Shown here: one piece after another, positions 1-9,179 of the stretch | Position numbering within the stretch: position 1 is the first letter of the stretch | Layout of the letters: each line of letters begins with the position of its first letter | Assembly: GCA_913020725.1 (NCBI GenBank) | Contig: CAJWCD010000038.1 | Coordinates: forward strand, 1-26,726 | Source: an uncultured Pseudomonadota bacterium | GTDB taxonomy: Bacteria; SAR324; NAC60-12 | Direction: 5' to 3' | Length of the DNA: 26,726 nucleotides | Made by a program: the position numbers and the translations under genes | Notes under the pieces: generated by a model | Seen by the model: the letters and a program-made list of their open reading frames with translations, nothing else | Told to the model about the DNA's origin: nothing | Database searches by the model: none

Positions 1-1
1 T

Positions 2-70
2 ACAGGGCGAATTTTGCTGAGGACAGGCACCAACACTCAAGAGGGGGACTATCCAAAAACTGCCTCCTGA
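2..70 (+). CDS. Possible 3' end of an upstream gene (partial, unidentified)
   Basis: Frame open from the window edge, reading TGRILLRTGTNTQEGDYPKTAS then TGA TGA (68-73). Too short to identify. Confidence 0.3.
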   Translation, partial: TGRILLRTGTNTQEGDYPKTAS

Positions 71-175
71 TGAATTTGGCTTTCCCTGAGTTTCGGCATA
101 GCAATAAATTCTCTAACTCATTGGTTTTTCAGTTATTATGAACGTCACACGGCGGCCTGTAAACAGGTTCTCAGG

Positions 176-1717
176 ATGAGTGAACCGCTGCTGATGGGAG
201 TGGACGCCGGCACCAGCCGTGTCCGCGCTCTCATCTTTGAACCTGATGGCACACTGATCGCGGAGGGCAGCGACAAACCGAAAGTGGCTTATCCCCAACC
301 GGGATGGGCCTCGATTAATGCGGAGGATCTCTGGAAATCGTGTCAGACCGCAATCCGAAGTGCAGTCGCTCAACTCAAAGACCGGCAACGGCTGAGGGGG
401 CTGGCCGTAGCCAGTGTCGGGGAAGCGGCAGTGCCGTTGGACGATCAAGGCACTCCGCTGCATCCGATTATCGCTTGGTATGATTGCCGTACAGAACCTC
501 AGGCACAATGGCTCAGGCAGCACATCGGTGAAGAACGGTTGTTTGAGGTCACCGGTCTGAATTTGTACCCGATCTTCGGGTTGTGCAAGGTGCTTTGGAT
601 TCGGGAAAACGCTCCGGAGCAATTTGCACACATAACCCGGTGGTTGAACACGGCGGATTTCCTGGCCTGGAAGCTGTGTGGAGAGTCAGCCACAGACTAC
701 AGCCTCGCCTCACGAACCTTTGCCCTTGACATCCGCAGACTGAAATACGCAGACGATCTGTTGGAAGAAGTAGGGGTAAGTCCAGCATTGTTCCAACCGC
801 TGGTCTCCTGCGGGACTCGTCTGGGAAAGATCCTGCCGGAAGTCTCCTCTGCAACCGGATTGCCCAGTGACTGCGTGGTTAGTGCGGGGGGTCACGACCA
901 TTTTATTGGAGCTTTGGTGACTGGAGCTATAACCCCGGGCACGCTGATCAATTCAATGGGAACCGCCGAAGCCCTCACCTTATTTAGGGAAAGACCTGTT
1001 GATGACACGAAAATCGGTCATCAGGGCTATACCCAGGGGGTGATTGTGGTGGACCGTCCCTATTATTATTTGGTGGGCGGATTGTCCACCTCCGGGGGAG
1101 CGGTCCAGTGGTACCACAAGTTAATGGAAAACCGGTATTCCCACGAGGAACTGATCCAGGCCGCCCGAAAGGTTCCACCCGGTTCCAACGGAGTCTGCTT
1201 CATGCCCCACCTGCGGATGGGTTCTCCACCAAATCCCGCAGGAATCGCCCGTGGTGCCTTCGTGGGTCTGGGAACCGACGTGGATCATTCCGTGCTCTAT
1301 CGGGCCATGCTCGAGGGCATGGCATGCGATGTGAGGATGATTGTCGAAGGAATGCAGGAGTTGCTTGAAATCCCGCGTATTGAAAGGATTCACTGTTTTG
1401 GCGGAGAGAGCAGGAATGCTTTGCTGATGCAAATCAAGTCCTCGGTGATGAACCGTTCTCTGGCCCGTTTGGACATAACCGAGGCCGTCAGTCTGGGCGC
1501 CGCCATGCTGGGAGGCATCGGCGCAGGAATCTTCCGGGATATTCTTGAAGCCCTGGAGGGATTGAAATATGGTCAGGAAGAAATACTTCCTGAACCCGCG
1601 TGGGTGGAAACCTACCAACGGCAGTACGCCGAGGTGTACCAAGGAGCCTGGGAGCAACTGAAACCTCTCCAAAAAAAGCTGCTGAGGCTCTATCCCCCCA
1701 TGGCGGCACCCCCCTGA
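176..1717 (+). CDS. FGGY-family carbohydrate kinase (L-fuculokinase/xylulokinase-like, substrate unknown)
   Basis: 513 aa. N-terminal GVDAGTS phosphate-1 motif, WYDxRT, GGHDH, SMGTAE, FGGESRN and EAVSLGAA are typical FGGY motifs. Confidence 0.9.
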   Translation: MSEPLLMGVDAGTSRVRALIFEPDGTLIAEGSDKPKVAYPQPGWASINAEDLWKSCQTAIRSAVAQLKDRQRLRGLAVASVGEAAVPLDDQGTPLHPIIAWYDCRTEPQAQWLRQHIGEERLFEVTGLNLYPIFGLCKVLWIRENAPEQFAHITRWLNTADFLAWKLCGESATDYSLASRTFALDIRRLKYADDLLEEVGVSPALFQPLVSCGTRLGKILPEVSSATGLPSDCVVSAGGHDHFIGALVTGAITPGTLINSMGTAEALTLFRERPVDDTKIGHQGYTQGVIVVDRPYYYLVGGLSTSGGAVQWYHKLMENRYSHEELIQAARKVPPGSNGVCFMPHLRMGSPPNPAGIARGAFVGLGTDVDHSVLYRAMLEGMACDVRMIVEGMQELLEIPRIERIHCFGGESRNALLMQIKSSVMNRSLARLDITEAVSLGAAMLGGIGAGIFRDILEALEGLKYGQEEILPEPAWVETYQRQYAEVYQGAWEQLKPLQKKLLRLYPPMAAPP

Positions 1718-3162
1718 AATTCCGGTTCCAGTTTTCCGTACAGACTTTGAAAACGGGCAAATTGCCGCTGGTATGCTTCAAGGTGCTCCGTTCGAGGCTT
1801 GATGACTTCACTGACAGGTGGGCGTTGACAGATTTCGGTGGGGGATCTCCCGGTGACGGCCAGCATCGCCAGTCTTGCGGCACCAAAGGCCGGTCCGAGT
1901 TCCGAATCTGCGTGTCTTAAGAGGGGACGCTGCAGAACAGAGGCAAGGATCTCCGCCCAGCGTCGGCTGCGAGAGCCACCGCCGATCAAGGAGACCTCCC
2001 CGATTTCCGCGCCTGCTGCAAGCAGGACTTGCTGACAATCCCCAAAAGCATAAGCCACCCCTTCCAGCACAGCCTGAACCATGTCGCTTGTGTCATGGGC
2101 ATGGGTCAACCCAAGAAAGGCTCCTGTTGCACTGGGGTTGTTATGCGGGGTTCTTTCGCCTGAAAGGTAGGGAAGAAAGAGCAACTGTCCCGGTTCAAGT
2201 GGTTTCTCTTCAAGTTCTTCAATCAAACTGCCCTCAGTGCGTTTCATGCACTTGGCCAGCCAACTCAAACAACTGGAGGCGCTCAGAATGACTCCCATCT
2301 GATGCCAGGTCTCCGGAAGGCAATGGCAGAATGCGTGGGCGCCTCGGTCCGGATTGGGAAGAAATTGTGAGTTGACGACGAAATAAACACCAGAGGTGCC
2401 CAGGGATAAAAAAGCTGACCCCGGTTCGACAGCACCAACTCCGATTGCGCCAGCGGCATTGTCTCCTGCGCTTCCAGCGACCATGACATGCTTAGGCATC
2501 CCCCATGCTTGCGCAAGTTGACTGCGCAGGGTGCCCCCCGGCTCGCTCCCTTCAACCAGCCGGGGCATGTGTTCCCGAGTCAACCCGGTGGCTTCCAGTA
2601 TGAGGTCCGACCAGTCCCTAGCGGTGGTGTCCATCCAGAGCGTTCCTGCGGAATCCGACATGTCCGAAATCGCTTCCCCGGTCAGCTTCAGGCGCAGGTA
2701 ATCTTTTGGCAAAAGGACTGTACGGGTTCTTGCGAAAACTTCCGGTTCATGCTTCCGCACCCAGCAAAGTTTCGGAGCGGTGAACCCTGGCATCGCCAGA
2801 TTGCCCGTGATTTGACGCAATTGCGGAACCCGTTCCTCCAGTTCCCTGCATTCGTTTCCGGAGCGCCCATCGTTCCAGAGGATAGCTGGACGCTGCACTT
2901 CACCCTTTTCATCAAGCAAAACAGCCCCGTGCATTTGTCCGGAAAAGCCAATACCTGCCACTTCACTGAGGGATATTTGTTTCTTCAAGTCGGCAATTCC
3001 CTGTTGCAGAGCCTCCCACCAATCCTCGGGATTCTGCTCGGACCACAACGGGTGAGGGCGGCTAATTGTGAGGGGGACGCTGGATTCGGCCAGCACGGAC
3101 TGGTCATCCCCCATCATGATGGTTTTGACCGCCGATGTCCCAAGGTCGATACCAATGTACAT
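1690..3162 (-). CDS. xylB: Xylulokinase
   Basis: Starts MYIGIDLGTSAVK (ATG at 3162). FSGQMHG, WNDGRS, GFTAPK, LLPKDY, GDNAAGA, LGTSG and YLSGERTPHN are characteristic of the XylB subfamily. Confidence 0.9.
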   Translation of the reverse strand: MYIGIDLGTSAVKTIMMGDDQSVLAESSVPLTISRPHPLWSEQNPEDWWEALQQGIADLKKQISLSEVAGIGFSGQMHGAVLLDEKGEVQRPAILWNDGRSGNECRELEERVPQLRQITGNLAMPGFTAPKLCWVRKHEPEVFARTRTVLLPKDYLRLKLTGEAISDMSDSAGTLWMDTTARDWSDLILEATGLTREHMPRLVEGSEPGGTLRSQLAQAWGMPKHVMVAGSAGDNAAGAIGVGAVEPGSAFLSLGTSGVYFVVNSQFLPNPDRGAHAFCHCLPETWHQMGVILSASSCLSWLAKCMKRTEGSLIEELEEKPLEPGQLLFLPYLSGERTPHNNPSATGAFLGLTHAHDTSDMVQAVLEGVAYAFGDCQQVLLAAGAEIGEVSLIGGGSRSRRWAEILASVLQRPLLRHADSELGPAFGAARLAMLAVTGRSPTEICQRPPVSEVIKPRTEHLEAYQRQFARFQSLYGKLEPEFQGGAAMGG

Positions 3163-3267
3163 GTGTAGACTCCAAATCTGGGTTATTGAATTCCCGCGTT
3201 CCACCGGCTATTGCAACACCTGTTGTCTGAAAAGGTCACGCGGTAAGTTACGTTCTTCGTGTGGTAG

Positions 3268-3294
3268 TGTCCTAGTTCAGCGTGAATTGGACAA
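3268..3294. repeat. Putative terminal inverted repeat of the IS remnant
   Basis: TGTCCTAGTTCAGCGTGAATTGGACAA begins with TG. Its inner 12 bp have an exact inverted copy at 4643-4654. Confidence 0.55.
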
Positions 3295-3408
3295 TCACCT
3301 CACATTCATAAGCAACTTCCGGCAACCAGATGCCGCCTGCACTTCACCTGAGGCTCTGTACCAGCCCCCTGAGTTTTCTTTAGGCATGGGGGAAGCTCCG
3401 AACATCGA

Positions 3409-3789
3409 TCAGCCCGCATTCGCAAGGCAGGTGGGAGAACGCTCGGATCCCCCTGTGCGATGTTCGTCGCCACCCGGTCGGCTATTCCTGGCAAGTTGCG
3501 CTTCCGCAGAACTCGCGTCCGTTTCACCGACCACAGCCAGTTTCTCCTCCTTCTTTCGCTCTGTCAGCTTCCTTTTCCAAGGTCGTGCCTTGCGAGCGTC
3601 TCGGACAGCAGACAGTTTCCGCCCGCGGTCGGCCATGATGGCTTCAGTGCTGCCTTCGAGTCTGTCTTTCGGCGCGACGCAGCCGATGGCGCTGTGCAAC
3701 CGCAAGTCGTTGTGATACGCCACAAAATCGGCCACGATCCGCCGGGCGTCTTACAGGTTCAACGGCGTACCGTTCTCGAAAAACGTCAT
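3409..3789 (-). pseudogene. Transposase (DDE integrase-core C-terminus) fragment with in-frame stop
   Basis: Reads GTPLNL*DARRIVADFVAYHNDLRLHSAIGCVAPKDRLEG. The (Y)N..R.HS.IG...P motif is typical of IS3/IS481 transposases. TAA at 3751-3753, and the catalytic DDE region is absent. Confidence 0.75.
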
Positions 3790-3829
3790 CAAGCCCTTGC
3801 GTAAAATAGCCCAACAGTACACTCATTCC

Positions 3830-4594
3830 TCACTTGGAAGCACGGGAAGATTCGACTTGGTAAGTGAAGCCAATCACCTCGCAGGTGAGGACAAAGGGCA
3901 GGAGCAGCCAGCCAAACAACGGTACAAAGGCGAGTCCCATCGGTAGCCAGCCCAAGCGCAACGACATCCAGCGCCACGACTTTCGCAATGCGGCAACTTC
4001 GTCCAGATCCCTCAACTCGTCGAGGTACACATTCACCACATCCCGCCCCATCCAGTGGGCTTGCACCACCATCACCAACACCACGCCAAGCAGAGGAATC
4101 AACCCGAGCAACAGCAGGAGCAGCGGAAACACACAGGACTTGAGGGCTTCCCACAGAGCGGTCTTCATGCCGTCCCACCATGCTTCGAGGGAAAAGTGTG
4201 GCTCCTCGATTTCCCGGAAATGCCGGACTACCCGGACCACGAGGCTTTGATGCCAGAGCGAGGCGAGTTCGATTGAAAAACGCAGGGCGACCATGGCGAA
4301 GACCGCCGCCGCCGTGAGTTGAAGCAACCACAAAATCACGGTTCCGGTTGCGGCAAAAAAGCCCTCGCCGCCACCGAACGCCCAGCCGATGAACGGCGCA
4401 AGGGCATAGAAATAGAAAAGCCCGTTCAACACGAGTACCGCGAGCATAAAGATCGCATAGTTGATCAGAAGTCCTCGGAGCATCTGACCGCGCAATCCTG
4501 TGATTTCAGACAACGCCTGCCGTCCGGCTCGCAACACAGACAACGCGTGGACTCCTCGCACTTGCTCGGCGGCTTGGATCATGGAATTCTGCAT
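3830..4594 (-). CDS. EI24/CysZ-like integral membrane protein
   Basis: 254 aa with several long hydrophobic segments and LIPLLG / FVPLFG..LLP motifs typical of EI24/CysZ domains. GAGGG lies upstream of the ATG. Confidence 0.7.
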   Translation of the reverse strand: MQNSMIQAAEQVRGVHALSVLRAGRQALSEITGLRGQMLRGLLINYAIFMLAVLVLNGLFYFYALAPFIGWAFGGGEGFFAATGTVILWLLQLTAAAVFAMVALRFSIELASLWHQSLVVRVVRHFREIEEPHFSLEAWWDGMKTALWEALKSCVFPLLLLLLGLIPLLGVVLVMVVQAHWMGRDVVNVYLDELRDLDEVAALRKSWRWMSLRLGWLPMGLAFVPLFGWLLLPFVLTCEVIGFTYQVESSRASK

Positions 4595-4711
4595 GGCTCT
4601 ATCCCTCGGAAATGATGTGCAACTCCATTCAGTTTAGCGCATTTGTCCAATTCAGGCACGACCCAATCTCGTCCGTCCACACTTCTACAGGTTTCTGAAA
4701 TTCGGCAGGTC

Positions 4712-4720
4712 TGCTACAAT
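4712..4720 (+). promoter_or_regulatory. Possible extended -10 promoter for the DUF433 gene
   Basis: TGcTACAAT about 40 bp upstream of the ATG at 4760; GAGGT RBS at 4752-4756. Confidence 0.35.
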
Positions 4721-4759
4721 CATTCACTCACTGGAACCGTCACCATCAATCGAGGTCTT

Positions 4760-4952
4760 ATGTCGCAACTCAGCCGAATCACTCTGAATCCTGAGCAATG
4801 CGCGGCAGGCCTGCATTCGGGGAATGCGCATTCGGGTCAAGGACATCTTGGACTTGCTTGCTGCCGGAGCTTCTCATGAGGAAATCCTCACGGATTATCC
4901 TTATTTGGAACAGGGAGACATTTTAGCTGCCCTAGAGTACGCAGCGGCTTAA
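4760..4952 (+). pseudogene. DUF433-family antitoxin, frameshifted
   Basis: MSQLSRITLNPEQC, a frameshift, then CIRGMRIRVKDILDLLAAGASHEEILTDYPYLEQGDILAALEYAAA*. The conserved CGGRPCIRG motif needs 12 nt for GGRP, but only 10 nt are present (4802-4811). Confidence 0.85.
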
Positions 4953-4983
4953 AGGATGGCACGGGGGAATAGCCGCATTTTTG

Positions 4984-5045
4984 CACCACAGAGCCACAGA
5001 GGTCGCAGAGAGTTTTTCCTCCGTGTTCTCTGCGGCTCTGTGGTG
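4984..5045. repeat. REP-like imperfect palindrome (CACAGAG-type)
   Basis: CACCACAGAGCCACAGAGGTCGCAGAG pairs with CTCCGTGTTCTCTGCGGCTCTGTGGTG. The arms are 27 bp, the outer 12 bp are perfect, and CAGAG units repeat internally. Confidence 0.75.
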
Positions 5046-5076
5046 AGTTTTCCCGCCTCTGGAAGATATACCCAAT

Positions 5077-6255
5077 GTGAAAGGACTCATGATTTTCGAC
5101 ACCCAACTCAATGAAGAGGTGGATTTGCTGCGCGAAACGGTGCGGGAGTTTGCCGCCAAGCAAATCGCCCCCATCGCCGCTGAGATTGACCGGAGCAATG
5201 AATTCCCCACCCACTTGTGGCGGAAGTTGGGCAACCTCGGACTGCTGGGCATAACGATCCCGGAGGAGTACGGCGGCTCCGGAATGAGTTATCTGGCGCA
5301 CATGGTGGCCGTGGAGGAAATCTCGCGGGCCTCCGCCTCGGTGGGATTGTCCTACGGGGCGCACTCGAATTTGTGCGTCAACCAGATTTTCCGCAACGGC
5401 ACAGAGGCTCAACGCCGCAAGTACCTTCCCAAGCTCTGCTCCGGAGAATTCGTCGGGGCGCTAGCGATGTCGGAAGCAGGGGCAGGTTCGGACGTGGTCG
5501 GCTCAATGGCCTGTCAGGCCAACAAGGTCGGCGACCGCTGGGTTGCCAACGGTAGCAAGATGTGGATCACCAATGGTCCGGACGCCGATGTGCTGGTCGT
5601 GTACATGCGCACTCGCGGCAAGGACCACGGCTCGCGGGCGATGACGACCTTCCTGATTGAGAAGGGGATGAAGGGTTTTTCGACGGCCCAGAAGCTCGAC
5701 AAGTTGGGGATGCGTGGTTCCAACACCTGCGAACTCGTTTTCAAGGACTGCGAAATTCCGGACGAGCATGTGATGGGCGAAGTCGATCAGGGCGTGTGCG
5801 TGCTGATGAGCGGTCTCAACTATGAGCGGCTTGTGCTTTCCGGAGGCCCGATTGGAGTCATGCAAGCCGCGCTGGACGTGGTGCTGCCCTACATCCACGA
5901 GCGCTGGCAGTTCGACCGCCCCATCGGCACCTTCGAGCTGATGCAGGGCAAGATCGCAGACATGTACGTTGCGCTCCAGTCGAGCCGGGCATTCGCCTAT
6001 CGCATTGCCGAGAACACGGCGAAGGGTGAAGTCTCACGCCGAGACACCGCTGCCTGTCTGCTCTATGTGTCCGAGAGTGCGGTCAAGGTCACGCTGGAGG
6101 CGATTCAGGCGTTGGGCGGCAACGGCTACATCAACGACTACCCCACCGGGCGACTGCTCCGGGATGCCAAGCTTTTCGACATTGGCGCAGGCACCAACGA
6201 AATCCGGCGGATGCTGATTGGCCGCGAGCTGTTTGAGGAAACCCAATCCGCATGA
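5077..6255 (+). CDS. ivd: Isovaleryl-CoA dehydrogenase
   Basis: Acyl-CoA dehydrogenase with [48 protein letters not shown] and [10 protein letters not shown], matching the IVD subfamily. An alternative start is the ATG at 5089. Confidence 0.9.
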   Translation: MKGLMIFDTQLNEEVDLLRETVREFAAKQIAPIAAEIDRSNEFPTHLWRKLGNLGLLGITIPEEYGGSGMSYLAHMVAVEEISRASASVGLSYGAHSNLCVNQIFRNGTEAQRRKYLPKLCSGEFVGALAMSEAGAGSDVVGSMACQANKVGDRWVANGSKMWITNGPDADVLVVYMRTRGKDHGSRAMTTFLIEKGMKGFSTAQKLDKLGMRGSNTCELVFKDCEIPDEHVMGEVDQGVCVLMSGLNYERLVLSGGPIGVMQAALDVVLPYIHERWQFDRPIGTFELMQGKIADMYVALQSSRAFAYRIAENTAKGEVSRRDTAACLLYVSESAVKVTLEAIQALGGNGYINDYPTGRLLRDAKLFDIGAGTNEIRRMLIGRELFEETQSA

Positions 6256-6983
6256 ACACCCCCTCTTCCCGAACGGCGCTTGTCACTGGCGGGGCAAAAC
6301 GGCTGGGGCGGTTGCTGAGCCTCGCTCTCGCCGAAGACGGTTGGGACATCGCCCTGCACTGTAACCGCTCCCGTGCTGAAGCCGAAACCGTCTGCGGGGA
6401 AATCTGCAATTTGGGACAACGATGCACGATTCACACTGCGGATTTGCGGGACGATGACGACCTTGCCGACCTCGTTCCGGAGGTTGCCGAGGAGCATCCC
6501 AAGCTTGCGTTGCTCGTCAACAACGCCTCGACCTATGCACCCGGCACCATCACGGAGACCGATCTCGAATTGTTCCAAAGCCAGTTCGATGTCAATTTCA
6601 AAGCGCCCTTCTTCCTGAGTCGGGATTTCCGGAATCATGTTCCGCAGGGCCACATCATCAACCTGCTCGACACCCGCATCACCAGTCACCGCAAGCACCA
6701 GTACGCGGCCTACACCCTTGCCAAAAAAGCACTTGCCGCGCTGACCACGATGGCGGCTGTGGAGTTTGCCCCGGAAATTCGCGTGAACGGCATCGCACTC
6801 GGACCCGTTATCGCCCCACCGGACGAGGCGGACGCTTACCTTGAACATGCAGCCCAGCGCACCCCGCTCCTGCGCCCGGGCAGTCCGGAACCCGTGATTG
6901 ACACCCTACGCTTTTTATTGAGCAACGATCACCTCACCGGGCAGATCATTTTCTGCGACGGCGGCGAAAACCTGCTGGGGTGA
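6252..6983 (+). CDS. SDR oxidoreductase, pteridine reductase/FolM-like
   Basis: [12 protein letters not shown], catalytic D (LLDT) and YTLAK. ATGA overlap with ivd. Confidence 0.8.
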   Translation: MNTPSSRTALVTGGAKRLGRLLSLALAEDGWDIALHCNRSRAEAETVCGEICNLGQRCTIHTADLRDDDDLADLVPEVAEEHPKLALLVNNASTYAPGTITETDLELFQSQFDVNFKAPFFLSRDFRNHVPQGHIINLLDTRITSHRKHQYAAYTLAKKALAALTTMAAVEFAPEIRVNGIALGPVIAPPDEADAYLEHAAQRTPLLRPGSPEPVIDTLRFLLSNDHLTGQIIFCDGGENLLG

Positions 6984-7041
6984 TCGTCAAGTTCGTGGGC
7001 GAACAACTTCAGGGTTGGTCTGTTACGGGATTTGCGTTATT

Positions 7042-7878
7042 TCAAGCTCCGGCAACCCCTGCTGCTCGAGCATGGTCCAGCATGTACTCCCGACCCGTGA
7101 GCATGTCCTGAAGTGAACCGAATCCGTTCATGTAGTGCCCTGTGAACCCATTTGCTTCAATGCGTTTGAAAAGGTCTCCAAAATCCACAGTACCCGTTCC
7201 GGGCAGCATGTGGAGTTCGTACTCCCCGTTGTTGTCCGCCACCCGTACCTCTTCACAAAGGCTCATGTCCATCCCATCCACAAAACCCGCGATGCCGATC
7301 GGGTCAAAATGCGCGTGGTTGATGGTGAAAGACCAGCGCAGGTTCGGGGATTGAATTTGTGCAAAATAATACTTGGTGTCTGCTAGGTTATCCGGCATGT
7401 AGTGAACTTCTGCCAGTTCTGGTTCACCGTTGAGGTTTTCGAGCAACAACAGGACATTTTGCTTTTCGGCATACTCGACCGCCCGTTTCAGACGGTCAAT
7501 GCTGGCCTGCATCCGCATTTTCCGGCAACTCGTGAAATGGTAACCGCCGTGAACCACGATCCACTCGGCACCAATTCGTTTTGCCAAATCAATGTAGGCT
7601 CGCAGGTAGGCGTCCGTGGCATCACGAAGAAACGGGGAGATTTCTGCGATGTTGACTCCGGAAAGAGTGTGCAAGCCCAGATGCAAGCCCTGCTGGTCAC
7701 AAACGGTTCGGATGCCCTTGCAACGTTCCTCATCAAAGCTCTCCAGTTGGTTTGGAGCAATGTCCGTTTGAATGTCGAAATAATAAACTTCGTTTTCGGC
7801 AGCCCATTTGACGGCTTCTTCAGCAGAAACCCGACGACCCACATCAACCCCGATGCGATAGCGAAGATTTGTTTCCAT
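7042..7878 (-). CDS. Sugar-phosphate isomerase/epimerase family (xylose-isomerase-like TIM barrel)
   Basis: GLHT, VVHGG, LLLENL, NHAH, ADNNGEYELHMLPGTGTVDF. Start uncertain (7878, 7884 or 7896). Confidence 0.8.
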   Translation of the reverse strand: METNLRYRIGVDVGRRVSAEEAVKWAAENEVYYFDIQTDIAPNQLESFDEERCKGIRTVCDQQGLHLGLHTLSGVNIAEISPFLRDATDAYLRAYIDLAKRIGAEWIVVHGGYHFTSCRKMRMQASIDRLKRAVEYAEKQNVLLLLENLNGEPELAEVHYMPDNLADTKYYFAQIQSPNLRWSFTINHAHFDPIGIAGFVDGMDMSLCEEVRVADNNGEYELHMLPGTGTVDFGDLFKRIEANGFTGHYMNGFGSLQDMLTGREYMLDHARAAGVAGA

Positions 7879-8050
7879 TTTCATCAAACCTTTCATGGTA
7901 TGGATTGGAACTTCCCGTTTGGCAGAACCGGAAATGATTGACAAGCTTGTACGCTTTACAAAAATCTCAAATTAGCTTCTTCAGATTCAACATTTTGGAA
8001 TCACAGAGAACACAGAAGCAGTTCCATTATTCGACTCTGCTTCCTGACTT

Positions 8051-9172
8051 TCAGTAGGCAAACTCCTTGACCGCGTCTTGATTGATTTCAAATCCAAGTC
8101 CCGGCTTTTTCGGCAAGGTGAGCCACTCCCCTTCCGGATCTGGCAGTCCATCAAACACCTGACGGCAGCACTCCACGGACAGGTAGTGCATTTCAACCAT
8201 CCCGCCATGGGCCAATCCGGCATGGAGGTGCATGTTGAAATGAGGCCAAGCCCCGCCGTTGTCAATCCCGACATTGAAAGCCTGGGCCATTCCCGCAATC
8301 CGGATGCACTGGGTGAATCCCCCAGAAATCACAACATTGGGTTGGATGATGTCCACCGAGTTGGCAACCATCAGATCCCGGAAGCGATAGGCCAATCCTT
8401 CGTTTTGTCCACATGCCAAAGGAATACGCGTCTGTCGACGCATCTCTGCTAGTTGCCGGACATCGTTTTGGGTGATGGGTTCTTCAAAAAAAGCGATCTC
8501 GTAGGGTTCCAAAGCCTTTGCCAGCTTGATGGCATGGAAGGGATCGAGGTTGCAGTTGGCGTCGATGTATAACTTGATTTGAGGGCCAATGGCTTCTCGA
8601 ACAGTCCGGACCCGCTGGATGTCTTCTGCAAGGACCTCGTCCAAGGTCCGCATATTCTTGTTGCGGATTGCTCCATCACTCACCGTCATTTTCAAACCAG
8701 TAAACCCGCGCTCCACCCAAAGTTTTGCCGCCTCTCCCAACTGCTCCCGCTCAAAAAAGGGAAACCCGAAGGTGGCATAAACGGGAACACGTTCACGCGC
8801 TCCACCCAGCAATCGCCACACGGGTTCCTTGTAAACTTTTCCCTTAATGTCCCAAAGCGCGACATCAATGGCAGCTATGGCATGTGCCGCATACCCCGTC
8901 TGTCCACGCGGTGAAAGCAGCCAGTAAAGTTTCTCCCAGATTTTTTCAGTGGCCATCGGGTCATCGCCAACCAGTTCCGGAGCCACGACCTTGTTGATAG
9001 CCGCTGCAACCACCTCCTCATTGGTGATGCCTGTCATGCCAAACCCAACGCATCCGGAAGTGGTCTCAATTTCCACCAAACAGATTTTGAAATGCACCAC
9101 CCGATTCAAACCCAACACATCAATGGTGATGGGAACGCGGAGTGGAGTTGCGGAGATTTTGCTGATCTTCAT
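8051..9172 (-). CDS. Mandelate racemase/muconate-lactonizing enzyme family protein (enolase superfamily)
   Basis: AIDVALWDIKGK...PVWRLLGG signature, DAN, FEEP and PGLG. Confidence 0.9.
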   Translation of the reverse strand: MKISKISATPLRVPITIDVLGLNRVVHFKICLVEIETTSGCVGFGMTGITNEEVVAAAINKVVAPELVGDDPMATEKIWEKLYWLLSPRGQTGYAAHAIAAIDVALWDIKGKVYKEPVWRLLGGARERVPVYATFGFPFFEREQLGEAAKLWVERGFTGLKMTVSDGAIRNKNMRTLDEVLAEDIQRVRTVREAIGPQIKLYIDANCNLDPFHAIKLAKALEPYEIAFFEEPITQNDVRQLAEMRRQTRIPLACGQNEGLAYRFRDLMVANSVDIIQPNVVISGGFTQCIRIAGMAQAFNVGIDNGGAWPHFNMHLHAGLAHGGMVEMHYLSVECCRQVFDGLPDPEGEWLTLPKKPGLGFEINQDAVKEFAY

Positions 9173-9179
9173 GAAGCGC

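Larger units (their letters stand above)
3268..3789 (-). mobile_element. Truncated IS3-type insertion-sequence remnant (3' end of transposase plus terminal repeat)
   Basis: C-terminal integrase-core segment on the - strand, followed by a non-coding tail ending TTGTCCAATTCACGCTGAACTAGGACA. The terminal CA fits the IS3-family TG...CA pattern. The 5' part of the element is missing. Confidence 0.7.

Noticed and set aside
4643..4879. 78-aa + strand ORF
   Set aside because: It is explained by the 5' part of the frameshifted DUF433 gene running out of frame.
4984..5045. CRISPR interpretation of the CACAGAG repeats
   Set aside because: It is a single hairpin with no spacers and no cas genes.
6989..7009. 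Short hairpin GTTCG-TGGG-CGAAC between convergent genes
   Set aside because: The 5-bp stem has no U-tract and is too weak to call a terminator.
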